From Gracilinanus agilis (lineage: Eukaryota): 64,000 nt of DNA. Location: contig NC_058134.1 in NCBI RefSeq assembly GCF_016433145.1, forward strand, positions 87,693,204-87,757,203. Direction: 5' to 3'. Positions within the stretch are counted from its first letter, which is position 1. Every line of letters begins with the position of its first letter. Positions 48,876-61,540 of this stretch are shown here, piece after piece. The translations under genes and the position numbers were made by a program. The notes below the pieces were generated by a model, which searched no databases, was not told the origin of the DNA, and was given only the letters and a program-made list of their open reading frames with translations.

Positions 48876-50177
48876 CACACCAAGTAAGGACTGTGAAAGA
48901 TATTAGTGAGCAAGCTGTTTTGCCTTAGGGTCAGAGTTCACCTGATCACTATTGATATTTCTTTCTTATTCTCTACTTGCTATGTGGACTTAAATCTGCT
49001 TAAACCCTTGAGATTTGAACCTAATATCAATAGTAACTGACAGAACAGTTGTTAAGCATTTACTATTTCCAAGGCACTCCAGAGGGTGCCAGGGAAACAA
49101 GATGAGAAAAACCACAAGTCATTCCCTTAAGGAGCTTAAAATCTATTAGTCAAGGTTGTCCTTTGCTAGATGACCCTCCAGGCTCTAACCTCTTGCTTAC
49201 ATGTTCTTGTCATAACTCCTTTAAGATGAAATCCTAGTGGTTGTCCATTCAGGCCCTCCTTTCCTGATGCTGCCTGTATTTCGGTGTCCCATAGCAAGTC
49301 TTCTTTCCTCACTCAAGTTCAAAGGGGAGTTTAAGCCCAGCAATGCAGATATGCTTATTCCTGCCAGTAGACCCCATTGAATGCCCAGAATTCGACTTTC
49401 CTCCACAATGAAAAAACTGAAAACAGCATGGGCCAGGGCGACTCCTGACATGACTCCTGACATCAGCCAGAGTCCAAGAAGGAACCTGGAAAAGGAGCGG
49501 ATGGGTACCTGTAAAACATGAGGAAGATTTTCAGATATGCCTTTTGGGCCCATTTTCAGCTTGAAAGGTGAAACCATAGAATCAATGCATCCCTAGAGAG
49601 AAGCTTAACTCTCCTAAAAACAGATCTTGGGCTCTTTCAAGTGTTGAAAATTTGGGCAACTTCCATCCCCCCTGCTGAATTTCTCAGAGGTAGAGCCCCA
49701 TTCCTGTTAGGATGAGGATGAGCCAGGCTTTCTTCTCTAGGCACATTGTTTCTGACCTGTCCTAAACCAGAACCCAAAAAGGAAATCTCTAGAGACTATC
49801 CTTTCAGTATTGACAGGCAGATCCTTTCAGACCAAAGCAGCTCAGATCACATTGGAGAAGCTTCAATGAACAATCCAAGCCTTTTGAGCTTTCCCCCATC
49901 TCTAGGAGTAGACAGCACTGAATGTCATCAGAAACTTGTTAACATTTGAAACAACTGTTCTGTCCTTTGAAAAAAACATTGAGTGGCTCTCAAAAGGCAT
50001 CTGGTTCTGGCTGGCAACTTGACTGCTAATAATAATGGGGAAGGTGCCTTTTTTTCATCTCCAGCATTCTTGCAAATTAACCCTTGGCGCACTCTTGGGA
50101 GGTATAAAGTTAAGTAGTTAGGTGCTACAAGTTGCCACTTACAGAATTCATCTCGGATACCATCCCATCTCAGTTAT

Positions 50178-50418
50178 GGGGCAATTAGATGGATAAAGTG
50201 CAGGACTTGAGGTCAGGAAGACTTGAGCTCAAATATGACTCCAGGCACTTATTAGTATGTAACCCCTGTTAAGTTACTTAACAGATGTTTGTCTCAGTTT
50301 CTTCATCTGTAAAATTGGCACAATCATATTATATAACTCCCAGGGTTATTGTAAGAATCAAATTAGGCAATGTTTTTTAAAGCACTTAGCATAGTACTTG
50401 GCACTTAATAAACACTGA
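50178..50418 (+). mobile_element. MIR/MAR1-type SINE
   Basis: gtcaggaagacttgagctcaaat...ctcagtttcttcatctgtaaaattgg...aaagcacttagcatagtacttggcacttaataaa. Confidence 0.85.
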
Positions 50419-50617
50419 ATTCCATCTTCATCATCTCTTTCCAAACCTCCCATGGTTCACAGAGTTGTATGGTAATAAGAGAGTCAGCTAGCATCCAAGA
50501 ATTCTGGATAACTCCATCCCTATTCTTCTATTGTCATTGTATGACCTTGGTCAAGTCAATGAAACTTTCTAAGTATGTAGATTGGGAATAATAATACCTT
50601 TCTGTGCCCATTTTGTT

Positions 50618-50930
50618 AGTTGATGAAGAGTGAAGAGCCAGGAGGACAATTTATACAACAGTAGCAATAGTGTAAAGGAAAAAGAAAAAAAACTTGGAAA
50701 GATTTAAGAAGTTTGATAAATGCAATGACCAGCCAAAATTCCACTGAATACATGATGCTTCCTAATTTCATAAAAGAAAAAAGACATAGTTAGGGTACAG
50801 AATCCATATATGGATAATATGAGAATATATTTTGCTTGATTATATATTTTTGTTATGAGTTTTTTCTTCTTTTCACCTGGGGGAGATTCAAGAAAAAAAA
50901 AGTAAATATATTCTTGTTAATTGAAAAAAG
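50618..50930 (+). mobile_element. Old marsupial L1 3'UTR fragment
   Basis: gagtgaagagccaggaggacaatttatacaa...gataaatgcaatgacc...ttttgcttgattatatatttttgttat. Confidence 0.75.
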
Positions 50931-52379
50931 TTTTATAAAAGGAAAATTTTAGGGGTTAAACAAAAGGGCTTATCATTATTATAAGTGACTTTATTATTTC
51001 AGTCCCTACATGGAAGATCCCAAATGAGAATTCCTATTCCTTTCTATGAAATTCAATTAAAAAGACATTTATTAAGCACTTACTTTTTGCTAATTATTAT
51101 TCTCTGACCTGGGAATACAATGGTAAAAGTAAAATCGTCCTTCCTCTCAAGGCGCCTATATTTTATTAGAGACACTTCAACATTTTGCAGTCTTTCAAAG
51201 TGTCTTTAGCATTTCAGTATCTCTGGCAAATCTATAGTCATCAATGGATATCCTGTAGTTATGTGGATAAGGGTGTAGAGGAGCTTGCTGCTAACTCATC
51301 TGGTACAGAAATATTCCCTAAATTAATCACAGGATTGAGGGGATAACTTTCCATTGTAAAATGGAATAGATACTTTTTGATTTCACACTGTAATCAATAG
51401 TCAATCAGTCAATAATATTTATCAGGCTCCTGCTGTATATCAGCCATAATGCCTACTGCTAAAAACCCAAATGAAAGAAAAAAATCATTTCTTGCTCTCT
51501 GGAAGCTTATGTTGATGATTTACATGGACTTAAGTGGGGAAACTATTTCTATTTTATTTGAAATGGAAGCTTCCAAGAAGTAGACATATCATACTTCCCA
51601 TTTTTCCCTTGTACTTAGGGACAGGAGCACAGCCTCCTGGAATTGCCTGTCTTTCAGACTTATGTAGTTTTTCTTCTTCATCTTCTCTTCCTTGTGGCTG
51701 GTAAGAAAAGCAGTAATCTCTTGATGTTTCTCCAAGTGTCCTCTCTTCCTTCCCCGTGGTCCATGAGATGCTATCAGTCTAAATTGGCTCTCTTTCCTGG
51801 GGTCATCTTCTTCCATAGGATGTTGTAGTGGGAAAATCCAATAAGTTAAACTTCTCTGGACAGAAGAGGATGGAAAGTTCCTTTTTTGGTGAATTGAGTT
51901 GTGGGTGACTATAAGAATGATGGAATCCTTACTAAGGGTAGAAGGTGGAAGCAGGAGCCTTTTTGGTTGGGGTTGTGATGAATTTGAGGGGGTGGTTGAG
52001 CAAGCAAATAGGAGGACCCCAGAGTGAGTTAGGAGGGGGAAAGAGCAGGACTAGAGACCATGATCTAAAAGTCCTCCCCTATGAAATCACAGATTCTTCC
52101 AGCTGTTTGCAGTGATTAGAAATACTTAAACATAAAACAGTAGAAGACCATGTATGATATTTGGAAAGAGTATCTTAGCATTAGTTCTCTAACAACCAAT
52201 ATAGGGGGTAAATTTCTCTTCCTTGTATGGATTTCTTTATTCACTGTACCTATCCTTTAAGTTGCAAAGAAAGTTTCAAGGTGAACGACAATTCTACCTA
52301 ATGCTGTATTCTTCTTTTTCTCATCATTTACTACAATTTCTCCTTGGCCCTACATTTCAAAACTTCATTTTAGCACACT

Positions 52380-52570
52380 ATCACTGTCACTCATATTCAT
52401 CTAATGTTTTAAAGTTTGCAAAGTACTTTACTTTTATCATTTTACTTGATCCACACAACCCATTTAGTGTACTTGTGTTGTTCTACACATTTTGTAAATG
52501 AGATCACTGTGACTTGTCCCTGGTAGCAAAGCTTATAAGTGCCAGAAGCAGGATTCAACACAAAGTGTTT
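52380..52570 (-). mobile_element. MIR-type SINE
   Basis: taaagtttgcaaagtacttt...tgatccacacaaccc...gcaggattcaa. Confidence 0.6.
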
Positions 52571-53527
52571 TCTCATGTCAAGTACAGAACCCTTTTCTTG
52601 CTATTATGCCCATTTGTGTTGTTCTCTGATGGTTTCATGTAATATAAATCATGACTTTTCTTCTGGACTATAATCTCATAAGAGATAGGAATAATATCTT
52701 CAACATTTACTATTCTTCTTAATAGTGTTAAGTGACAGATATTCAGAGCAAGAGGTTTATCCATCTCTCTTTGACAAAGATACAGTTCCATAAACTATTA
52801 AATGTTTTAAAGCAAACTGGAAAAAACCCATAGTTCAGGTTTAACTTGAAATTTAAATGCAATACATTCCAATTTTAGCCACAAACCTTAGCCACAAATT
52901 ATTTCCTCCTTTCCCCCTAATTAGACAGTTTTATTGCTGGCAATGGATAACAAAGAGGCTGTGGCTAACCTTTAGCACTACAAGGTATTCTTTTTCTCTA
53001 ATTATGAATTCAGGATCAGTTTTATCTCATGAAGAAATGACTAGGCCCTTGGTGAGAGACCAATGTTTTGGTCATTACTAGCTATGTAACTTTAATCTAA
53101 ATACTTAACTTCTCTGATCCTGGGATTCCCAATGGGTAAAAGGGCACCAAGCTTGGGAAGCTTTTTATAAACAATTGAGATTATAAGGCTAACATTTTTT
53201 AATTACACAGAAGAAAAGTCCAATGGAAAATGTGAGACATCTTTCAGATAGCCAGTGTCCATAGGAAACACTGTGGAAATATTAATAATCAAGCCAGAAT
53301 TTTGATTACTTGTTCTGGGACATTTCTTTCATGATTTCAGTTGTGCTTTATAATTAAACTACTCCATATTATGCAAACAAATTATTTCTAGGATTGAAAG
53401 GTACATCTTTTTCCCCACCAAAAACTGCCATTTGTAAGGTTTTAAGTTATTGTCATATTTGATCCAAATGATAAAGCTGATGAATGAAGTCCTTATTTCA
53501 GAAAATATAGGTTAAGAGGCTGTGGGA

Positions 53528-53531
<4 letters not shown>

Positions 53532-53577
<46 letters not shown>
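53532..53577 (+). repeat. (GT)23 microsatellite
   Basis: Direct reading. Confidence 0.97.
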
Positions 53578-53581
<4 letters not shown>

Positions 53582-54453
53582 ACTTTTTAGTCTGAATCCT
53601 CACACATAGCTATATTCTAACTCCTAGGTCAATGTTTGTGTCTTGCTCTTTCAGGGAGGAAGAGTAACCTAATCCCATTGGTCTTTGCCTATGGCTCTCC
53701 TGTGTTCATCAGACTTCAGGCAAGGCTTGTTGAGGCTCTCTGTCATTGAGGATTCCTGGTCTTTGAAACCTTTTAGAACTATCAATAGCCTCATAGTTGC
53801 TTCAGGGTGTTAGCTGGCTATGAATGCATAAATAAATTCCTGAGATCTCCAGAATTTTTTTTTATTTAGACCCATGACCTTTGACTGGTGCTTATTGGAT
53901 TCTCTTTATAATGAGGACATAATTTCTTATTGTAGAATCACAGTGTCAAAATGGATATTGAGGAAAGTATTATTAGATAGCTTCTATTTCCTCAAGGCTT
54001 CCAGTCTTCTACCCTTTGGAGGATATGAATTTCTGAATGACTTCAATGTCTTATTATGTTCTATCCATTGACATCTCTGTGACTACTGTAGGTTGTCTTA
54101 AGCATTTCATTTTGTAGATCTTACTTACCTCAGGTGGTTGTAACCCTTGGCAATGATTTTGTGCTTTGTTTGTATTTATTGTGGTTGCCATTTACTCTTC
54201 CCTGAGAGAAGAGAAATGGATATTTTCAATTAGCTATTTGTTCCTGATGCAATATATGACCATTGTAGAGTATCTTTTTTGTTTTATTTCATTATTTTAA
54301 AGATTTTCTAAAGTACTCTTTTACTAAAGGACTTCAATTTCCTTTTACTATAATCGAATAATTAACATTAAAATGGTAAATGGAGAGAAAGGGAAGATGG
54401 CTAAGCTTTGGGGGAAAAAAACCACCAATAAAATATTTTTAAAAGTAACTGTT

Positions 54454-54562
54454 CCAGCCACTTCCCAACTGTGTGACCCTGGGCAAGTCACTTGACCTCC
54501 ATTGCCCACCCTTACCAATCTTCCACCTATGAGACAATACACCGAAGTACAAGGGTTTAAAA
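54454..54562 (+). mobile_element. 5'-truncated young SINE1_Mdo-type SINE with 13-bp TSD
   Basis: ctgtgtgaccctgggcaagtcacttgacc...cccttacc...aagggtttaaaaaaaa; TSD AAAAGTAACTGTT at 54441-54453 and 54563-54575. Confidence 0.93.
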
Positions 54563-54844
54563 AAAAGTAACTGTTAGGCTCCCCAGTAATCTCTGAGTAA
54601 CCTCTGCTGTCAATTCATTTGTTTTCCTCATCTTCATTTCCCCTGCACTAGATCCAATGATACACTGTCACTGAATACAAAAGCACTACCTTATATCCAT
54701 GGAAACTTTGGACTGTTATCCAGAAGTCACACTGGGATGAATTTATGCCTTTTCTTTCCCAGAAACAGTCTTCTTTCTCACTTCCTAGCCACATCTCAAA
54801 GACATGCAATTAGTTTTACTCTCCCATTCTTTCTAGATTCTCCT

Positions 54845-54892
54845 GTTTCCCTGAATAGAATGTAAGTTCTTTGAGGCAGTGACTGTTTTTTA
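54845..54892 (+). mobile_element. L2 3' terminus, left half (split by Tigger insertion)
   Basis: tagaatgtaagttctttgaggcagtgactgttttt; continues at 55763-55820 (tttgtaagtctagcattt...ctggcacctagaag...aacatatgct). Confidence 0.7.
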
Positions 54893-55760
54893 TAGTCAAA
54901 CCTTGGTACTCAAACAGTTTCAGGAACACATTGAATTTGGTATTTGATGCATTTTGACAAGGAAAAAAAGTCTCAGTATTTGATGTTTGTTTGGCACTTG
55001 TGTTTACTAGAACTTGTTTGTGTCCTGATCTCAGGAAGCATATGCCCATTCCAGCCAAAACAAAGGATCACATGTTAGTTCAGGAGCAGAAAGAAAAACT
55101 CAGTGCTGAGGAGCTGCAGAAACTTCAGAGGGAGCCACAACAGCTAATGGTGGGAGAGTTTTTGTCAGATGAAGAGAAGGCAAAGAAGGATGTTCCCACT
55201 CCATTAATCAAGAAAATATGTGCAAAATGAGTGCAAGTACAAAACGTTGTAGAAAACTATAACCCTGATAAAGCTTTAAGAAGCCAAATTGTAAAATTTG
55301 TTAAACGATGAAAATTTTGAAATGCAGACAAAAATGTTTATATTATTGGTTGGGTTTCTTGTGAAGATTACATCTGGTGAATCTCAAGCAGAGTTCAGTA
55401 GTGATGAGGGATAGAAAAGAGAAAGAATTCCAGAAGGGCAATTGCCATCAGATATTATGGAAGGGGACTCCTTTTCCAGACAATAAGATTTCTCTCCATT
55501 ATCTCCTTACACAATGAACTCCTCTCCATATGGGTAAAGTTAAGTTAAAATTATTTTATTTTATTTCATTAATTTTTAAACTTATGTCTATGTGTTATTA
55601 ATATTTACTTAGTAAAACACAACTCCAGTAATGTATAAGGTGCTTTATGAAATCTAGATTTTTGGGGTGTCTAGAAAAGATTAATCCAATTTACATTATT
55701 CCTTTTTGGTACTGACCTGCCTTCAGGAATGAATTAATGATGAAAACCAAAGTAGCACTG
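54893..55760 (+). mobile_element. Internally deleted Tc1/mariner pogo-Tigger-type DNA transposon, TA target duplication
   Basis: Decayed TIRs (tagtcaaaccttggtactc / gaaaaccaaagtagcactg, 12/19 match); TA at 54891-54892 and 55761-55762; Tigger-like 3' end (gattaatccaatttacatt...gaattaatgatgaaaacc); transposase C-terminal remnant. Confidence 0.82.
55066..55486 (+). pseudogene. Tigger-type transposase C-terminal remnant (stops/frameshifts)
   Basis: LVQEQKEKLSAEELQKLQ...IKKICAK*VQVQNVVENYNPDKA ... IMEGDSFSRQ*; resembles the recalled tigger-transposase motifs EELTTEELQELQ, FVEKxHPDK and terminal MEGDSPSKQ*. Confidence 0.8.
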
Positions 55761-56949
55761 TATTTGTAAGTCTAGCATTTAATATAACAACTGGCACCTA
55801 GAAGATGGCTAACATATGCTCCCCCCCACCCTTTGGTAACAGAATGTTGTATTGTTATTTTCCACTAGTCCTGCCAGCTCCCTGGCCTTTGACCACTATA
55901 CTTTTCCTTGGGTCTTGAAATACCTTTTTGCCCTATCTGTTGTGAGGAATCATCTCCCTGGCATCTTACTGTCTTTTTAAAATTTTTTAAATATTTTCCA
56001 TGTTTCCATGATTCATTTTTTCCCTCCCCTCTTCCATCTCCCCTTTCAGAGTCGACAAGCAATTCCACTGCATCTTACTGTCTTCATTGCCGATCCTTCA
56101 ATTCCTTTAGCTCTGCTTCTGAAAGTGTGTTTGCCTTACTGGCTGTTCATTTGTTATGTTGCTAGGAACTGCATTTGCTGATCTCTGTGGTCCCAGGTCC
56201 TTGGTGTACATTCTATTGCCTCCCTCCTCTTATACCCTGTGGTCAGCAAAAGCTTAACTCTGAACTAAAGAGGAAAGTTAGAGGTTTAGATCTGCTTTAT
56301 GTTAAACCTGGGGATCCAGTTTGAATACGAAGCACCCAGGAAGCCGTGTCCTTTATATGCTCTTTAAAAGAAGAGACTAAATCTTCCCTTTGCCTCCATG
56401 TCTCTTTTAGTGTCTCTTAAAGCACTTTGCTACTGTGTAGACTTTCAGTAAATGTTGCAGACTGAATTGTATCTGTCTGGTTAACTAAGCCTGGAACCAT
56501 CAAATATTATCATTTGACCCACCTACACTCTCTCACATCTCTCTCTGCTATTTATCTCCTCTGGGAAATTGGGGCATAGACCTACTCACCTTCAGAGTAT
56601 TCCTCATCCAAACTGGCAGGAAATACACTGACTGATTTTTCCCACTCTTATTATTGATCTTCTTTCCAGATTATTTTTAGGTGTACAGTTTTCCAGAGTC
56701 CCCTTTCCATAGTCTGGCATGAAGAAATCATCTTTGTTCCTAAGAACATTTCTCTGCTGGGGCATGGAGAACTCAGGCTGTTCATCAACCTTATCTTAAG
56801 AGTTCTCCTAGGATTAGACTGACCACACCATTACTAATATCATTAGGTATCATTGTACATAAATGTTTGAAAGAGCCTTTTAATATACCTTTTTCAAGTC
56901 ATTGGACCTGTCTTCAGCAACCTGAATAATCATATCAATCATGTTCAAC

Positions 56950-57610
56950 ATCATATCTTATCCCTGCTCCTTACTGACTGTGTGAATTTGGATGAGTCTT
57001 CCTTGGGCCTCAGTTTTCTCATTTGTAAAATGAAGGTGTTGGCTCTGATCATGCTGAAGGTTACTTCTGGTCTATAATCCTGTGTTCACAATGAATTTCT
57101 GTCATTGTTTTTTAATTAATAAGCAGGTGAATCTTCTGGAATTATATGTAAAATAGTATTTTGTATATTAAATCTACCCAGCCATTAGTTTTTATTGTGT
57201 GACTATAAGGAATGATAGATTTACCTAGATGTAGTCAAGGGAACTGTGTTTGAATCCTGGCTCTACAATTAACTACCTATAAGTCCTTGAGTAAGTCACC
57301 TAATCTCCTTAGGAATTAGATTCCTCATCTGATTTATGAGGTAGTTGGACTGAATAAGCTTAAGGTCCTTTCCAACACTCTTTTCATGCTCCTATATATT
57401 CTTAAACATGCAATCTTTCAGTGAATTGAATGGAATACTTTTGACAAGGAAATAAATCACAATGAAAAAGAATGGCATCTCATTTTACAGAAGGATTTTA
57501 TGTTTTAGAACCCTGTGAGAATTGGCAATGCAAATATTGTTTTCATTTTACAGGCACAGAAATTTTGCCTCAAAATAGGCAAGTGATTTTTCTATGACCA
57601 TACCAGCCAT
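56950..57610. mobile_element. Three MIR-type SINE fragments (56950-57090 +, 57215-57390 +, 57450-57610 -)
   Basis: gggcctcagttttctcatttgtaaaatgaagg; gtttgaatcctggctctac; ttttcattttacaggcacagaaa. Confidence 0.65.
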
Positions 57611-58729
57611 TCCATGCCAGTCAAGATTGAAACCCAAACTTCCTCATGCCAAGCCCAGAAGTCTCTTTATTCCTGTTTCAATAAGACAGAATGTCTACAT
57701 GTCCAGACAGCTGGGATTTGGGGTATTATAGCTCATGATAATTGGCATTCCCCTCAACTACAGGGGCAATATAGCATTTCTGATATAACCGAGGACTCCC
57801 GCTCCTAAGTATGTGCCTTTATAGTAGGACTCAGGGCAATTAGAGGATAAGGGAGCAGAAAAATGTACCAGTTTCTGGTGCTGGAAAGTAATTAGTACCA
57901 CATGATGATGAGGATGATTTTTCATCTTGAGATTCCTTAAAACATATATGTGTTTACATATAGTAACACTATATGCATATGTAACATAGAAGAGTAACTC
58001 ATTTATCACCAAGGAATGATATATTTCCAAATAACTGAGAGGTAGTTTTAGGGGATTAATCTTTTTTTTTTTTTTTTTTGGTAAATTTTAACTACTGATG
58101 GAAATCATTTTAACATGTATTGTTCGCTTCATTACTTTAAAATTCCCAGCTTTCCTGAAAATCTTTCTAAAAAGTATGAGTCCTGATTCAGTTGCTTTTA
58201 ATTGCTAATCTGAGTAAAGCTCTTGTGTGCCCTCCTCCTTTGATTTCTGGAGGGTTTAGAAGATGGGCAAGATCCTTAAGACTCATGCCTAGCCTTCTGG
58301 TTTATCATAGGGCTAAATCCTTAGACATCCACTTCCCCAATTTTCTGTTAAAAATCTCACCTTTTATTCCCTCCTGCCCTCTGTTTCAGTCAAACCCTAG
58401 TAGATTGCTGGCACAATAGATAAAGGCCTGCATATACTTCATTAAGATAGACCCAAACCCTCAGGAATCTACTACCAAGATAAGAGACTCCATTGCCTTA
58501 GGATGTTTTCTTAGCAGAGAAAGAGGGAGGGACCAAGGAGAAAGGAAAACTTGATTATCTGAAAGGTAGAATGATATAATCTAAATCATATGTGTGTGGG
58601 TACAAATAAAGTCTCTGAACTGGGATCCTCTTGCTAAACTTGAACTGGGGGGAGAAGAGCTCTTTTGAAGCACCCCCTTCCTTTCCAAGTCTCAGGATAC
58701 CAGGCTTCTACTTTAGAAATATGCATATG

Positions 58730-59805
58730 CTGAATAAAACCAATGTAGCCAAGATTTGAAGGAAAGGAGAAAACTGGGGAAAATTTATAGAAGTATCATA
58801 TCTAAAATAGGTAGAAAAGTTTGTCAGATTTATAAGAATATGAGACATTCCCCAATTAATAAATGGTCAAAAGATATCAATAGTTTTTGGGTGAAAAAAA
58901 TCAAAGCTATGCATCACTATATGAAAAAATGCTTTAAATCATTGATTAGAGAAATGCTAATCAAAACAACTTTAAGATATCATTTCACAGCTTTCAGATT
59001 GGCTAAAATGATAAAAGGGCAAAATGACATGTTGGAGTGGATGAGGGAAAATGGGGACACTAATACACTACTGGTGGAACTGGGAACTGAGTTAACCATT
59101 TTGGAGAGCAATCTGTAATTATGCCCAAAGAGTTATAAAATTGGGTATACCTTTTGACCCAGAAACACCACAATTAGGTTCATTTCCTAAAGTGATCAGA
59201 GAAAAAGAAAAAGAACCTATATGTTCTTATGTATTTGTAGCAACTGTCTTTGTGGTGGCTGAAACCTAGAAATTGAGAGGATGCCCATGAATTTGGGATA
59301 GCTAAACAAGCTGTGGTATATGATTGTGATGGAATACTTCTGTGCCTTGAGAAGTAATAAGCAGAGTTAAATTAAAAAAAAAACATAGAAAGAATCACAT
59401 GAAATTATGAAGGCTGAAATAAGCAGAAAGAACCAGGAGAACATTATATACAGCAATAGAAATATTGTTTGAAGAATGACTTATATATGCCCGCCTCCAG
59501 GGAAAGCATTGATAAATAGAAATAANNNNNNNNNNNNNNNNNNNNNNNNNNNNNNNNNNNNNNNNNNNNNNNNNNNNNNNNNNNNNNNNNNNNNNNNNNN
59601 NNNNNNNNNNNNNNNNNNNNNNNNNNNNNNNNNNNNNNNNNNNNNNNNNNNNNNNNNNNNNNNNNNNNNNNNNNNNNNNNNNNNNNNNNNNNNNNNNNNN
59701 NNNNNNNNNNNNNNNNNNNNNNNNNNNNNNNNNNNNNNNNNNNNNAGTGCAAGAAGAAAAGGAAGTGAGGAAGATACCAAAGAATTTTAATGTATGAAAC
59801 AAATA
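58730..59805 (+). mobile_element. L1 3' portion with ORF2 C-terminal remnant, interrupted by an assembly gap
   Basis: Track ORF 58756-59118 HSPINKWSKD...MKKCFKSLIREMLIKTTLRYHFTAFRLAKM matches the L1 ORF2 C-terminal cysteine-rich region; 3'UTR and aataaa near 59800. Confidence 0.92.
59526..59745. other. Assembly gap (220 N)
   Basis: Run of N inside an L1 3'UTR. Confidence 0.98.
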
Positions 59806-60031
59806 AATTATATATTGGATTAGCATCCAAGTTATCTGGATTTCCTTTTGTTGGACTATAGAATTGGAACATTTCCAAACTTTTATAGATAGCAAACTCA
59901 CTTTATTGCCTTAGGAAATAAAATAGAATCTGATGGACACAACCTAGAATTCAAAGATCTTGCTGCAATTCAGGTTCATAGTTACAAACATCAGGTAGAT
60001 AATCTTTAGAAATGCAGCTGTAGATATAGTT

Positions 60032-60279
60032 ATTCAGTCATTTTAAGTTGTGTCTGACTCTTAATGATGTCATTTGAGGTTTTCTTGGCAAAGGTACTGA
60101 TTGGGCTGGTTTCCCATTTCTTTCTCTGGTTCATTTTACAGATAAGGAAACAGAGGCAAACAGGATTAAGTGATTTACCCAGGTTTATACAACTAGGAAG
60201 GTGTCTAAGGCCAGATTTAAACTCAGGAAGAGGAGACTTACTGACTCCAGGACTAGAATTCTATCCATTGTGCCACCCA
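60032..60279 (-). mobile_element. Near full-length MAR1-type SINE
   Basis: attcagtcattttaagttgtgtctgactc...ttttcttggcaaag...cagataaggaaacagaggcaaac...tccattgtgccaccc; decayed TSD tgtagatatagtt (60019-60031) / tgcagacatagtt (60290-60302). Confidence 0.9.
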
Positions 60280-61249
60280 AATGTTTTTTTGCAGACATAG
60301 TTTAGGAATTTGGTCTGAATGTCTACTGTGCCCATAACACTGTACCACAAGAAGGACGAATGTGGACTAAGTTCTCAATCTGTTTGTTTTTTCATGTGAC
60401 TTTCTCCTTAAATAGAAAGAAAAGAACCCCCTATCCTTATTCCACATTCCAGCTAGTTGGATCCTGAAGTTTTATTGTGTTAAGTTATAACAAATTATAG
60501 AGCTCTTGAGATGTTAAATTTCATGCAAGTAGAGAACACCTGGATCCTGTGGAAAGGAGGCTACATGCTTTCTTGGTTCAAGATGTAGCTCCACAGGGAA
60601 ACATCCTTAAGACCCAGAGTTACCTATAGCCTCTCTCCTTTGAGTATTCTTGAATAAAGGCATCTTTTAGATGCCTTGTTCCCCAGACACACAGGCTGAA
60701 GTTTGTGTGGATTCACATCAGCTTACCTTGTGAATTTGTGGGAAAAAAAAAGGGAGAGAGGAAATTATTTAGTCTGACATTGTGTAGTGTTAGATTTAAA
60801 TGGACAGTGGTAACTTTCTCAGCTGTGCCAGGTCTGTGTTGTTGGGTAAGGAGCCCAAGAAGAGACATGAATGGCAAATAGGAGAACTTTAATTTAGGCA
60901 GTCTATAAGTTATAATACAAGCAAATTATGTGCTTTGGGAAATCTGCTATTCTCTTTATATTCTGCTTCATAAAGCCCAGTGCTGGTGTCTTCTGAAGGC
61001 CTAATATCTAATGGAATAATAATAATGCTATTTGTAGGAGTAGTAGGAATGGGGGTGGCCGTAATATTAATAATAGTAGCAGCAGCAGCAGCAGCAAAGT
61101 GTGGATTTATATAGTGCTTTGAAGTTTGGAGAGTACTTTGTATATAAGAATCTAATTGAAGATAATAAAAAAAGAGTGACATTATTGAGCAATCTTCCTA
61201 GTAGGTAAAGGATTAAGGTGTAATAAAAAATATGTACTCAATAAAAGCA

Positions 61250-61370
61250 CTTATTATATTTATATATATATATATCCATACACCCACATGTATGTATATA
61301 TGTATATATATTATGTATATATGTATATATATATATGGAGAGATATAGTTATAGATATATATGTGCACAC
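61250..61370. repeat. (TA)-rich low-complexity tract
   Basis: Direct reading. Confidence 0.75.
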
Positions 61371-61374
61371 ATTC

Positions 61375-61540
61375 TGTGTGAACTGGGGTTCAAATGGTTC
61401 TTACACTTCCTTATGTGTCACTAAGGGCAGGTTACTTTACTTTTAAGCCTCAGCTTTCTCTTGTGAAAAAGAAAGGTGGAGGTACTTGAACTCCCTATCA
61501 CATAGGATGGTTTTGAGAAAAGCCTTTCCTAGACCTTAAA
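61375..61540 (+). mobile_element. MIR-type SINE
   Basis: ctggggttcaaat...gcctcagctttctcttgtgaaaa...cctatcacataggatggttttgag. Confidence 0.65.

Noticed and set aside
51589-52080. ORFs 51589-51816 and 51643-51828 and the adjacent purine-rich tract as a gene or LINE endonuclease remnant
   Set aside because: Could not be matched to L1, L2 or CR1 endonuclease motifs or to any protein; left unassigned.
59395-59901. Longest ORFs in the track (up to 168 aa)
   Set aside because: Artefacts of reading through the N gap within an L1 3'UTR.
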